NCBI GenBank assembly: GCA_041633655.1
Contig: JBFJNB010000001.1
Coordinates: 1 to 29,502 of the forward strand
Direction of reading: 5' to 3'
Source of the DNA: Lysobacterales bacterium
GTDB lineage: Bacteria; Pseudomonadota; Gammaproteobacteria; Xanthomonadales; SZUA-38
DNA length: 29,502 nt
Shown: positions 1 through 8,382 of the stretch, piece by piece
Layout of the letters: the number at the start of each line of letters is the position of its first letter
Numbering within the stretch: the first letter of the stretch is position 1
Translations under genes and position numbers: made by a program
The notes under the pieces: model-generated
What the model was told of the DNA's origin: nothing
Database searches by the model: none
The model's input: only the letters and a program-made list of their open reading frames with translations

Positions 1-1
1 G

Positions 2-244
2 CTCGACTCGGGTGGCAACACGATCCCACTCGGGCAGACGACGACGCTGGCGAACACGACCGTCACCTACATCCCGCCTGCGGGCGTCACCGTGACGACC
101 TCGTTCTCGTACCAGCTGTTCAGCCAGGTGACGGGGTTGTCGAGCGCGGTGGCCGAGGTCAATGTCGCGGTCGTGGCGCTGATCGACCTCTGTGCTCAAG
201 TCGGTCGTACCGGGACCTTCCCGAACTGTGTGGAGGGGCAGTAA
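2..244 (+). CDS. 3' fragment of an exported/surface protein ending in an Ig/cadherin-like (Big_9-type) repeat; truncated by the window edge
   Basis: Frame 2 is open from base 2 to TAA 242-244 (followed by TAG): LDSGGNTIPLGQTTTLANTTVTYIPPAGVTVTTSFSYQLFSQVTGLSSAVAEVNVAVVALIDLCAQVGRTGTFPNCVEGQ*. VTYIPPAG...SFSYQ resembles the vtYtPxxgfxGxDsFtY signature of Big_9/cadherin-like repeats. An intrinsic terminator follows. Not in the ORF track because it lacks a start. Confidence 0.6.
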   Translation, partial: LDSGGNTIPLGQTTTLANTTVTYIPPAGVTVTTSFSYQLFSQVTGLSSAVAEVNVAVVALIDLCAQVGRTGTFPNCVEGQ

Positions 245-280
245 TAGCTAGGCATAATCCAGCCGAGATCGGCTGACTCG

Positions 281-316
281 AAAGCCCCGCGCGGGAAACT
301 GCGCGGGGTTTTTTTT
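281..316 (+). terminator. Rho-independent terminator (possibly bidirectional)
   Basis: AAAG-CCCCGCGC-gggaaact-GCGCGGGG-TTTTTTTT: 8-bp GC stem (285-292/301-308) followed by 8 T. A second small hairpin, CAGCCG-agat-CGGCTG (260-275), precedes it. Confidence 0.85.
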
Positions 317-341
317 GGCGTCGGCCCGGTATCATCGCGCG

Positions 342-974
342 ATGGAGCATCAGTTCTGGCTCGACAAGTGGCGCGCCAATCAGCTCGGTTTTCACCGCGA
401 CAGCGTCCATCCGTTCCTGACCGAGCACTGGTCGGCGCTGGGCCTGGCGCCGGGTTCCCGTGCGCTGGTGCCTTTGTGCGGCAAGGCGCTCGACCTGCAC
501 TGGCTGGCCGAGGCCGGCCACCGGGTGCTCGGGATCGAGCTGAGCGAACTCGCGGTCGCGGCGTTTTTCGCCGAAGCCGGCCTCCGGCCAACCATCGACC
601 AGGCCGGCCCGTTCCGGCGCTATCGGGCCGGTCCGATCGAGATCCTGGCCGGCGATTTTTTCGATTTGACGGTTGCGCTGGCCGGCGAGGTCGCGGCGAT
701 CTTCGACCGCGCCGCGCTGGTTGCGCTGCCCGAGCCTCAGCGGCGCGCTTACGTGGCGAAAATCCGTTCCCTGACCGCGCCCGGGACCGCGGTCCTGCTC
801 GTGACCCTCGAATATCCCGGCGGCGCAATCAATCCACCCCCTTTCAGCCTCGACGCGGCCAGCGTGACCGGGCTGTACCGGGATTGGACCTCGATCGAAT
901 GGCTCGGCGAGCGCGCGGATCAGGTCAAGGGAGTCGCGTGCCGCGAGCACGCCTACCGGCTGCGCGCCGGTTGA
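342..974 (+). CDS. tpm: Thiopurine S-methyltransferase (SAM-dependent; bacterial TPMT family)
   Basis: MEHQFWLDKWRANQLGFH start, RALVPLCGKALDL SAM-binding motif, GIELSELAV, GDFFDL, FDRAALVALP and PPFS are TPMT hallmarks. ATG 342 chosen over the ORF-track start 315, which lies inside the terminator. Confidence 0.92.
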   Translation: MEHQFWLDKWRANQLGFHRDSVHPFLTEHWSALGLAPGSRALVPLCGKALDLHWLAEAGHRVLGIELSELAVAAFFAEAGLRPTIDQAGPFRRYRAGPIEILAGDFFDLTVALAGEVAAIFDRAALVALPEPQRRAYVAKIRSLTAPGTAVLLVTLEYPGGAINPPPFSLDAASVTGLYRDWTSIEWLGERADQVKGVACREHAYRLRAG

Positions 975-998
975 CCCTCGCGCCGCGCCGCCCCTTCC

Positions 999-1065
999 CC
1001 GAAAAAAATGGCGAATCCACCGGTTCGCCGCGCCAGATTTTTCACCCCGCCCGAAAATAACGGCG
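999..1065. promoter_or_regulatory. Putative upstream activator sequence (three 15-bp motif copies) for sigma54 promoter 1
   Basis: CCGAAAAAAATGGCG (999-1013, +), GTGAAAAATCTGGCG (1031-1045, -), CCGAAAATAACGGCG (1051-1065, +). The same motif triad recurs before the other two sigma54 promoters. Confidence 0.7.
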
Positions 1066-1099
1066 TCCGTCTCGACCAGACGGCCGTTGATCCTCCGAA

Positions 1100-1112
1100 A
1101 AACAACGACTTA
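1100..1112 (+). promoter_or_regulatory. Possible IHF site between UAS and sigma54 promoter 1
   Basis: AAACAACGACTTA versus consensus WATCAANNNNTTR (1 mismatch), at the position typical for IHF in sigma54 promoters. Confidence 0.35.
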
Positions 1113-1118
1113 GTTTGT

Positions 1119-1134
1119 TGGCACGTGGATTGCA
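1119..1134 (+). promoter_or_regulatory. sigma54 (RpoN) -24/-12 promoter 1
   Basis: TGGCACG-TGGA-TTGCA matches TGGCACG-N4-TTGCW exactly, with GG-N10-GC spacing, 36 bp before ATG 1171. Confidence 0.85.
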
Positions 1135-1170
1135 GCAGCGCCCGGGGTACCCAGCCCAAAAGGGAAGCCG

Positions 1171-3351
1171 ATGGCATTCGAAGAACCAGTGGTGGCCCCG
1201 GCGCATTCGCAACCGGCAACAGACGCCCCGGTGCCGATGCCCAAGGCGCGCCTGATGGTGGTCGAGGACGAGGCGCTGGTGGCGCGCGACATTCAGGGGC
1301 GCCTGCGGGCGATGGGGTATCAGGTGGTGATGGTGTGCACCGGGCCGGACGAGGCGGTCGTCGCGGCACAGGAGCTGGAACCGGATCTGATCCTGATGGA
1401 CATCAACCTGAACGCCAAACGCGACGGCGTCGAGGCGGCCGCCGAGATCCGTCGGCGCAAGGACATCCCGATCATCTTCTGCACCGCGTACTCCAACGAC
1501 GAGGTGCTGCAGCGGGCCAAGATCACCGCGCCCTACGGCTACACCCTGAAGCCGTTCGACAACCGGGAACTGGAAATCAACATCGAGATTGCGCTGTTCA
1601 AGCACCGGATCGAGTTGAAGCGCCGGCGTGACGCGGCGCGCCTGGCCGCGGCGATGAACAGCATCGAAGACGCGGTCATCGCCTGTGATCCCAACGGTGA
1701 GGTGTTCCTGTTCAATCCGCAGGCTCAGGCGATCCTCCGGATTTCCGAAGCCTACGCCGTGGGCAGCCGGATCGACGACCTGCTGCACCTGAGAGACCCC
1801 GACGGCGGCCGCGAGCGAATCCGGATCATCGACGGCGTGATCGGCGAGGGCCGCGAGTACCACAACGCCCGCCAGCGCCTGATCAACGCGCGCGGCGAAG
1901 AAGTCCCGGTGGAGGTCAGCGCCACCCATATCGATTCCGACGACGGCAGCCTGGCCGGCGTCGTGATCGCGTTTCGCGACATCGCCCAGCAGCTCGCCTA
2001 TGAGGAGCAGATCGCCCGCAACGCGTTCGTCGAGCCGCTCACCGGCCTGCCCAACCGACGGGTGTTCATGGATCGGCTGACGATGGCCCTGCGCGTGGCC
2101 AACCTGAGGCCGGACAGCCAGTGCGCGGTGCTGTTCATCGATCTGGATCGGTTCCGGCTGATCAACGACGGCCTCGGTCACGAAAACGGCGATGAGGTAT
2201 TGAAGCGCACGGCCGGGCGGATCCAGCGCGCGATCCGTGACGTCGACACGCTGACCCGGCTGTCGGCCGACACCTTCGTCTGTCTGCTCGATCCGATCGA
2301 AAGTGCCCAGCAGGCGCTCGACATCGCCTCTCTGATCCAGGCCGCGGTGGCGCGCGACATCAAGGTGCGGGAGCGCGAGATCAAGCTGACCGCGACGGTG
2401 GGCATCGCGCTCAGCAACGCGATGCGCTATCAGGACCCGGCCGAGATGCTGCGCGACGCCGACACGGTAATGCACCAGGCCAAGCAGCGGGGTCCGGGCT
2501 CGCAGCTCGTGTTCGACAGCGGCATGCACGAGACCGCGGTCAAGTTCCTGGAATGGGAAAGCGGCCTGCAGCGGGCGGTCGAGCGGGGGGAACTAGCGGT
2601 CTACTACCAGCCGATCGTCGAGTCCGGGACCAATCGCATCGTGGCGCTGGAAGCGCTGTTGCGCTGGCACAGCGACCGGCTGGGGACGATCGCGCCGGAG
2701 GAGTTCATTCCGGTGGCCGAGAGCAACGGCCTGATCGTCCCGATCGGCGAATTCGTCACCGCCGAGGTCTGCCGCCAGATGAAGGCCTGGCGGGAAGCCG
2801 AACTGCCCGAAATCGAGGTCGCGATCAACCTGTCCGCGGGCCAGTTCATCGATGCCAACCTGATGCGCCGTATCAGCCGCGTGCTGAGCGAGCACGAGCT
2901 GAGGCCCAGCCGGCTGCATTTCGAGATTACCGAGAGCGCGGCGATGGCAGACGTCGAAACCAGCGTCAAGATCCTGCGCGAGTTCAAGGCGCTGGGCGTG
3001 CGCATCGCGCTGGACGATTTTGGAACCGGCTACTCCTCGCTGACCTATCTCAAGCAGTTGCCGATCCACATGCTGAAGATCGACCGCTCCTTCGTCACCG
3101 ACATCGTGGGCGATGCCGACGACCAGACCATCGCCAAGGCGATCATCGCGATGGGACACGAATTACGCCTGAAGGTGCTGGCCGAGGGGGTCGAGAGCGC
3201 GGAGCAGGCCGCCCTGCTCGAGGACTTCGGCTGTGACCTGCTGCAGGGTTTTCATTTCGGACACCCGGTGCCAGCCGAGGCGATCACGCCGATGCTGCGC
3301 TCGCAGGAGTCCAGCCGCGCGCGCGCCCACGGTCTGCGCATCGCGTCATGA
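1171..3351 (+). CDS. REC-PAS-GGDEF(degenerate)-EAL response regulator; probable c-di-GMP phosphodiesterase
   Basis: REC: LMVVEDE...DLILMDINL...FCTA...KP. PAS ends in IAFRDI. GGDEF fold (EPLTGLPNRR, LFIDLDRFRLIND) with signature SADTF. EAL domain retains EALLRW, INLS, EITE, DDFGTGYSS, LKIDRSF, AEGVE and QG. Confidence 0.92.
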   Translation: MAFEEPVVAPAHSQPATDAPVPMPKARLMVVEDEALVARDIQGRLRAMGYQVVMVCTGPDEAVVAAQELEPDLILMDINLNAKRDGVEAAAEIRRRKDIPIIFCTAYSNDEVLQRAKITAPYGYTLKPFDNRELEINIEIALFKHRIELKRRRDAARLAAAMNSIEDAVIACDPNGEVFLFNPQAQAILRISEAYAVGSRIDDLLHLRDPDGGRERIRIIDGVIGEGREYHNARQRLINARGEEVPVEVSATHIDSDDGSLAGVVIAFRDIAQQLAYEEQIARNAFVEPLTGLPNRRVFMDRLTMALRVANLRPDSQCAVLFIDLDRFRLINDGLGHENGDEVLKRTAGRIQRAIRDVDTLTRLSADTFVCLLDPIESAQQALDIASLIQAAVARDIKVREREIKLTATVGIALSNAMRYQDPAEMLRDADTVMHQAKQRGPGSQLVFDSGMHETAVKFLEWESGLQRAVERGELAVYYQPIVESGTNRIVALEALLRWHSDRLGTIAPEEFIPVAESNGLIVPIGEFVTAEVCRQMKAWREAELPEIEVAINLSAGQFIDANLMRRISRVLSEHELRPSRLHFEITESAAMADVETSVKILREFKALGVRIALDDFGTGYSSLTYLKQLPIHMLKIDRSFVTDIVGDADDQTIAKAIIAMGHELRLKVLAEGVESAEQAALLEDFGCDLLQGFHFGHPVPAEAITPMLRSQESSRARAHGLRIAS

Positions 3352-3653
3352 CGAGCGTGAGCGCAACGATGCGACTGGCCGATCTGGTGGACATCGACCC
3401 GTATCTGCACATGCCGCTGAACCTGCAGGTCAAGACCGCGCTGGCCCGCCTGCTCGACCGCGGCGAATTGAACGGTCAGCTGCCTTCGCCGGGGCAACTG
3501 GCGCGCGAGCTGCGCGTGTTCTCGGGTTCCATTCGGCGGGCCTACGACGAACTGGTCGCCGACGGCCGGCTCTGCACCGAGGGGTTCGACTACCGGGTCG
3601 CCGCCGCGGAATCGCCGCGCGGCGCATCGGAGCTGGAGACGGAATTGCGGTAG
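3348..3653 (+). CDS. Small GntR-family winged-HTH protein without an effector domain
   Basis: IDPYLHMPLNLQVKTALARLLDRGELNGQLPSPGQLARELRVFSGSIRRAYDELVADG matches the GntR/YtrA-type N-terminal wHTH pattern. ATGA overlap with the upstream stop suggests translational coupling. Confidence 0.75.
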   Translation: MTSVSATMRLADLVDIDPYLHMPLNLQVKTALARLLDRGELNGQLPSPGQLARELRVFSGSIRRAYDELVADGRLCTEGFDYRVAAAESPRGASELETELR

Positions 3654-3802
3654 GCGGTGGGCCGATCAGCGCTTTGCCGAGGCGGGCGACCCCACGGGAG
3701 CCCAAATCCGGCGTTCCATCGTCAACCGGGCAGAGCACCGAGCGCTCGCAAAAAAACCGGGCACTCTCGCTTTTACCCACCGCCTGCCGCATCCAATCGC
3801 GG

Positions 3803-3861
3803 CTGAAAAAACTGGCGCCTCGTTGCCGCCATTTTTTTCGATCGGGCCGAAAATTTTGCCG
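3803..3861. promoter_or_regulatory. Putative UAS (three 15-bp motif copies) for sigma54 promoter 2
   Basis: CTGAAAAAACTGGCG (3803-3817, +), TCGAAAAAAATGGCG (3827-3841, -), and the weaker CCGAAAATTTTGCCG (3847-3861, +). Confidence 0.7.
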
Positions 3862-3912
3862 TCGACCCGGCAAAAAGGACCGGAAACGCGCCCGGCAGAG
3901 CGATTTTCGTGT

Positions 3913-3928
3913 TGGCACGGTTGTTGCT
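3913..3928 (+). promoter_or_regulatory. sigma54 -24/-12 promoter 2
   Basis: TGGCACG-GTTG-TTGCT is an exact consensus match, 54 bp before ATG 3983. Confidence 0.85.
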
Positions 3929-3982
3929 GCTTCTAACGGGAAGCGAGAGGGAGTGCATCGAGATCAGACGCACGAAAGGGGT

Positions 3983-6175
3983 ATGAACCGTTTTCAGACC
4001 AACGTTGAACCCCCGGCTCGCCGCGCGGCGCGGTGGCTGCTGGTCGTGGCAGCCGCGCTGCTGATAGGCCCGTCGCCCGTGGATCGGGTGAGCGTGCCGG
4101 TCGCGGGCGCAGCGCAGGCCCGCGGCGCGATCCTCCAGGGTGCCGACGTCGAGCGGCTGGTGGCGATTGCGACCGAGCACGGCTGGGAGGTCACCCACCG
4201 CCTCGAGCTGATCGACGCGATTGCGGTTCGCGCCGCGCCGCGGCAGGTGCGCGCGGTCACCGGCGCGCCGGAGGTCATCCGGGTATGGCCCAACCGCACG
4301 CTGCGCGTCGCCGGTGCCGCCGCCAAGACCATGCACGAGTACATGAAGACCGAGCCGTTTCCGACTTTCTTCGGCAACGCGGTCTATCTGGGGTTGCGCA
4401 ATTCGGGTCAGGCCGGAATCGAGATCGATACGATCGAGCTGACCTGGCCGAGCGCGAACGGCGCATTGGTCGCGGTCCTCCGCGACGACCGCGAAGAGGT
4501 AGGCGCGGCCGACCTGGTCGCGACCCTGTCGCCGGACGGTCAGTCCTACGCGCTCGACCTGGCGACCGCGCCGTATCCCCGGTTGCGCCAGAGAATCAAC
4601 GGCGGCGGTGACGCCGTACTGGGATTCCGGTTCGAGCACGAGCCGGTCACCGGGATGGACGCCTACCGTCTCGCGTTCCGATTCGCCGACGGCAGCGCGC
4701 TGACCTTCACCCGCGGCGAGGGCGTGCTGCTGCAAGGGCGCCGCCGGGACACGTTCTTCCCGACCGTGGTGCGCGCCGACCAACTGCATCGCGAGGCCGT
4801 GACCGGCGCCGGCGTGAACATCGCATTCATCGATACCGGCATCTACGAGGTCGACGGCCTGGCCCAGGACACGACCGGGGAGTCGCGCATCCTGGCCGGT
4901 TACAACGCGATCACCGGCACCCTGGTCGAGCTGGACGATTCCGGGACCTACGTTTCCGATCTTCTGTTCGGCACCGGGTTCGAGTCCGACCTGGACGGGC
5001 CGGAAACCGTGTCCGACCTGGATTCGGTCCAGGACGGTTATGGCCACGGCTCCCACGTGACCTCGGCCGCGGTTCTGTCCGAGGCGAGCAAGGACTTCAC
5101 CACCGGTGCGTTCAGCGGCAGCTACAGCGGGATCGCGCCCGACGCCGGGGTCGTCAGCGTCAAGGCGCTCAGCGACAGCGGTCAAGGCAGCTACGCCGAC
5201 GTAATCCGCGGGATCGGCTTCGTCGTGACCAACATGGACCGCTACGCGATTCGCGTGCTGAACCTGTCGATCAGCGCGCCGGTGCACTCGCACTATTGGG
5301 ACGACCCGCTCAATCAGGCGGTGATGCGGGCTTGGGCGGCCGGGATCGTCGTGGTCGCCTCGGCGGGCAACACCGGCCCGGATCCGATGACCATCGGCGT
5401 GCCGGGCAACGTCCCCTACGTGATCACCGTCGGCGCGATGAGCGACAACTTCTCGCCCACCGACGTCAGCGACGATTTCCTGAACGATTTCTCCGCCACC
5501 GGCCCGACCTACGAGGGTTTCGTCAAGCCCGAGGTCACCGCGCCTGGCGGGCATATCCAGGGCCTGATGCCGAAGCGCTCGCACCTGGCCACGACCTACC
5601 CGCAGTTTCACGACGCCAACGTCTGGTTCATGATGTCCGGCACCTCGCAGGCCGCGGCGATCGTCAGCGGCGTCGCGGCGCTGGTGCTGCAGCAGCACCC
5701 CGGCCTCACCCCCGATCAGGTGAAATGCCGGCTGATGAGCAGCGCCCGGCCGGCGGTGGACGGCGACGATGGGCTGGCGCTGAGCATCTTCCAGCAAGGC
5801 GCCGGCCTGGTCGACGCATACGCCGCGGTCAACTCCGATGCCGACGGCTGCGCCAACCAGGGGCTGGACGTGCACGCCGATCTGGCGGGCGCCGCCCATT
5901 ATGGTGGGCGCGCCAACCGGGACGCGGACGGGAACTACTACATCATGGGGCTGGACGGCTACTTGTGGGCCGATGGGTATTTGTGGGCCGACGGGTATCT
6001 GTGGGCCGACGGGTATCTGTGGGCCGACGGGTATCTGTGGGCCGATGGTTATCTGTGGGCCGACGGTTACCTGTGGGCCGACGGCTATGTTTGGAATGAC
6101 GGTGCGGTGCAGCCCGACGGCTACTTGTGGGCCGACGCGGCGATCGGGGTCAACACCTGGGTACCGAACCAATAA
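3983..6175 (+). CDS. Exported S8 subtilisin-like serine protease 1 (signal peptide, I9-like prodomain, inserted domain, catalytic domain, Trp hexapeptide tail)
   Basis: Catalytic motifs IAFIDTG (Asp), GYGHGSHV (His), SAGN (oxyanion Asn), MSGTSQAAAIVSG (Ser). N-terminal hydrophobic stretch WLLVVAAALLIG; prodomain HRLELIDAIAV...VIRVWPNR. ATG 3983 has GAAAGGGG upstream and follows the sigma54 promoter. The ORF-track extension from 3233 overlaps other genes. Confidence 0.92.
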   Translation: MNRFQTNVEPPARRAARWLLVVAAALLIGPSPVDRVSVPVAGAAQARGAILQGADVERLVAIATEHGWEVTHRLELIDAIAVRAAPRQVRAVTGAPEVIRVWPNRTLRVAGAAAKTMHEYMKTEPFPTFFGNAVYLGLRNSGQAGIEIDTIELTWPSANGALVAVLRDDREEVGAADLVATLSPDGQSYALDLATAPYPRLRQRINGGGDAVLGFRFEHEPVTGMDAYRLAFRFADGSALTFTRGEGVLLQGRRRDTFFPTVVRADQLHREAVTGAGVNIAFIDTGIYEVDGLAQDTTGESRILAGYNAITGTLVELDDSGTYVSDLLFGTGFESDLDGPETVSDLDSVQDGYGHGSHVTSAAVLSEASKDFTTGAFSGSYSGIAPDAGVVSVKALSDSGQGSYADVIRGIGFVVTNMDRYAIRVLNLSISAPVHSHYWDDPLNQAVMRAWAAGIVVVASAGNTGPDPMTIGVPGNVPYVITVGAMSDNFSPTDVSDDFLNDFSATGPTYEGFVKPEVTAPGGHIQGLMPKRSHLATTYPQFHDANVWFMMSGTSQAAAIVSGVAALVLQQHPGLTPDQVKCRLMSSARPAVDGDDGLALSIFQQGAGLVDAYAAVNSDADGCANQGLDVHADLAGAAHYGGRANRDADGNYYIMGLDGYLWADGYLWADGYLWADGYLWADGYLWADGYLWADGYLWADGYVWNDGAVQPDGYLWADAAIGVNTWVPNQ
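5954..6133 (+). repeat. 18-bp coding tandem repeat: (DGYLWA)x7, DGYVWN, DGAVQP, DGYLWA
   Basis: Read directly from the DNA. Units vary at synonymous positions (gac/gat, ggc/ggg/ggt, tac/tat, ttg/ctg); units 3-5 are identical. Confidence 0.95.
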
Positions 6176-6186
6176 ACGAGTGGGCA

Positions 6187-8361
6187 ATGAGAACGCGAAC
6201 TGAAACCAGCACACTCTCCCTTTTTGCTGCGGCGCTCGGGGTCCTGATCGCGGCCGGGGTTACCCGGACCGTGCCCGCGCCGTCGGTCGATGTCGGACCG
6301 GCGGAGCGCTACATCGTGCGCGGCGCAGACCTGGAGCAGGCGCGCGCCGCGGTGCGGGGGGTCCAGGGCGAGATCATTCGAGAGCTCGGGATCATCGACG
6401 CGGTCGGCGCGCGGCTGACCCCGCGCCAGAAATCGGCGCTCGAGGCGCTGGATTCGGTGCGCGGCGTCTACCCCGACCGCGCGGTCGAGCTCAACGCCAA
6501 ACCGGGCGGCGGCAACGGTAATTCCTGCGACGAGCAGGTCATGCTCGATCGGTTCGAGTCCGACGCCTACAACAACAACGATGGCACCGCCTCCTTCCAG
6601 GGGAACTGGTACGAATGGATCGGCGACGGCGGGGCGCGCAATGGCGCGATCCACGTCAACGGCGGCATGCTGCACTTCGCCGGCCCGGCCCCGGACGGCC
6701 GGTTCGCGCTGGAGCGCTATTTTCGGATCGATTCTCTGGCCTATGTGAACCTGACCTTCGATGTTGAGGCCAGCGCCGCCACCGGGGCCGACGACGTGCT
6801 GATGCTGTACTCGGTCGACGAGATGGGGGGCGCCGACGAACTGCTGAGCATTCGCGCCGACGAGGTCAAGAACCTGACGCATCTGTCGGTGGACCTGACG
6901 ATCGAGTACTGGAACATCTGGGCGGTCGGATTCGAGGTCGTGTCCGGGCTGCAGACGAGCGACCAGCGGTTTTCGATCGACAATTTCAAGATGGCCATCA
7001 GCATCGAGCATCCCGGTGACCAGGACAACGAGCTGATCGGCGCCGAACGCGTCCGCGAGCAGCTCGGGCTGGACGGGCGCCAAATCGGAATCGCCTTCGT
7101 CGACACCGGCTACACCCATTTCATGGGGGACAACGACGAGGTCGGCGGCAACGGCGGCGTCACGACTTATTCGGTCCTCGCCGGCTCACCCGCCGACGCC
7201 CACGGCCACGGCACCCACGTGATCAGCGCCGCGACCCATAACATGAGAGGCCCGAGCCTGTGTTCGAAGGCGCCGAAGCTCGGCGTGGCACCCGCCGCCG
7301 ACGTCGTCTCGGTGCGCGCGTTCGATGCCCAGGGGCAGGGCACCTATCTGGACGTGATCGCGGCGATCGACTGGGTGGTCCAGATCAAGGACCTGCACAA
7401 CATTCGGGTCCTCAATCTCTCGTTCGGCGCCACCCCTCAATCCAACTACTGGAACGATCCGGTCAACCTGGCGGCGATGGCCGCGTGGCAGGCCGGCATC
7501 GTGGTCGTGACCTCGGCCGGCAACTCCGGTCCCGATCCGATGAGCATCACGGTACCCGGCAACGTGCCCTATCTGATCACCGTGGGCGCACTGACCGACG
7601 ATTACACCGGCTCGATCGCCGGCGACGACCGGGTCGCGAGCTTCTCCGCCGCCGGCCCGACCCATGAGGCATTCGTCAAGCCCGACCTGATCGCCCCCGG
7701 CGGCCACATCCTGGGGACGATGCCCTACGGCAGCACGCTGCGGATGCTGTATCCGGAATACGTCGATCCCGACGACGACCACTACTTCACGATGTCCGGC
7801 ACCTCCCAGGCCGCGGCCGTGGTCAGCGGTGCGATTGCGCTGATGCTGGATGACGATCCCGGCCTGAGCCCGGACGACGTCAAGTGCCGGCTGCTGAGCA
7901 GCGCGATGCAGGCCACGCTCGGCGACGGCACGCCGGCCTACAGCCCGTTCCGTCAGGGCGCCGGCCTGATCAACGTGGACCGAGCGATTGCGAGCACCGA
8001 GACCGGCTGCGCCAATCAGGGGCTCAATATCGCGCTCGACCTCGCCGGACTGGAGCACTACGTGGGTCCGGTCCGGGCCGACGCTCAGGATCAGTTCTAC
8101 CTGGTCCGGGCCGACGGCACCATCCTGAGCGATGATTCATTCTGGAACGAAACCTCGGTCTGGAACGAAACCTCGGTCTGGAACGAAACCTCGGTCTGGA
8201 ACGAGACCTCGGTGTGGAACGAGACTTCGGTCTGGAACGAGACCTCGGTCTGGAACGAGACCTCGATTTGGAACGAAACCTCGATTTGGAACGAGAGCAA
8301 CTTCCTGAACAACGGATTGACCGCGTCGATGTCCGTTTCGGTCTGGATCGAACCGGAATAA
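6187..8361 (+). CDS. Exported S8 subtilisin-like serine protease 2 with inserted domain and Trp hexapeptide tail
   Basis: IAFVDTG, AHGHGTHV, TSAGN and MSGTSQAAAVVSG motifs; hydrophobic N-terminus LSLFAAALGVLIAAG; I9-like YIVRG...ELGIIDAVGARL. Starts 11 bp after the protease 1 stop, so probably co-transcribed. Confidence 0.92.
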   Translation: MRTRTETSTLSLFAAALGVLIAAGVTRTVPAPSVDVGPAERYIVRGADLEQARAAVRGVQGEIIRELGIIDAVGARLTPRQKSALEALDSVRGVYPDRAVELNAKPGGGNGNSCDEQVMLDRFESDAYNNNDGTASFQGNWYEWIGDGGARNGAIHVNGGMLHFAGPAPDGRFALERYFRIDSLAYVNLTFDVEASAATGADDVLMLYSVDEMGGADELLSIRADEVKNLTHLSVDLTIEYWNIWAVGFEVVSGLQTSDQRFSIDNFKMAISIEHPGDQDNELIGAERVREQLGLDGRQIGIAFVDTGYTHFMGDNDEVGGNGGVTTYSVLAGSPADAHGHGTHVISAATHNMRGPSLCSKAPKLGVAPAADVVSVRAFDAQGQGTYLDVIAAIDWVVQIKDLHNIRVLNLSFGATPQSNYWNDPVNLAAMAAWQAGIVVVTSAGNSGPDPMSITVPGNVPYLITVGALTDDYTGSIAGDDRVASFSAAGPTHEAFVKPDLIAPGGHILGTMPYGSTLRMLYPEYVDPDDDHYFTMSGTSQAAAVVSGAIALMLDDDPGLSPDDVKCRLLSSAMQATLGDGTPAYSPFRQGAGLINVDRAIASTETGCANQGLNIALDLAGLEHYVGPVRADAQDQFYLVRADGTILSDDSFWNETSVWNETSVWNETSVWNETSVWNETSVWNETSVWNETSIWNETSIWNESNFLNNGLTASMSVSVWIEPE
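8143..8304 (+). repeat. 18-bp coding tandem repeat: (WNETSV)x6, (WNETSI)x2, WNESNF
   Basis: Counted from the DNA: tggaacga(a/g)ac(c/t)tcg(gtc/gtg/att); the first three units are identical. Confidence 0.95.
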
Positions 8362-8382
8362 GCCCGGTGCCGACGCCCTGAC

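Noticed and set aside
342-974. tpm, hemerythrin and DUF4197 as members of the protease regulon
   Set aside because: No sigma54 box or 15-bp motif was seen upstream of them; they look like ordinary flanking genes.
3652-3785. MITE bounded by the 10-bp inverted repeat AGGCGGTGGG/CCCACCGCCT
   Set aside because: Single copy in the window, no target-site duplication, GC-rich IR plausible by chance, no transposase.
3233-3982. N-terminal 250-aa extension of protease 1 in the ORF track
   Set aside because: It overlaps the PDE, the GntR gene, the UAS and the sigma54 promoter; ATG 3983 has an RBS and is followed by a signal-like sequence.
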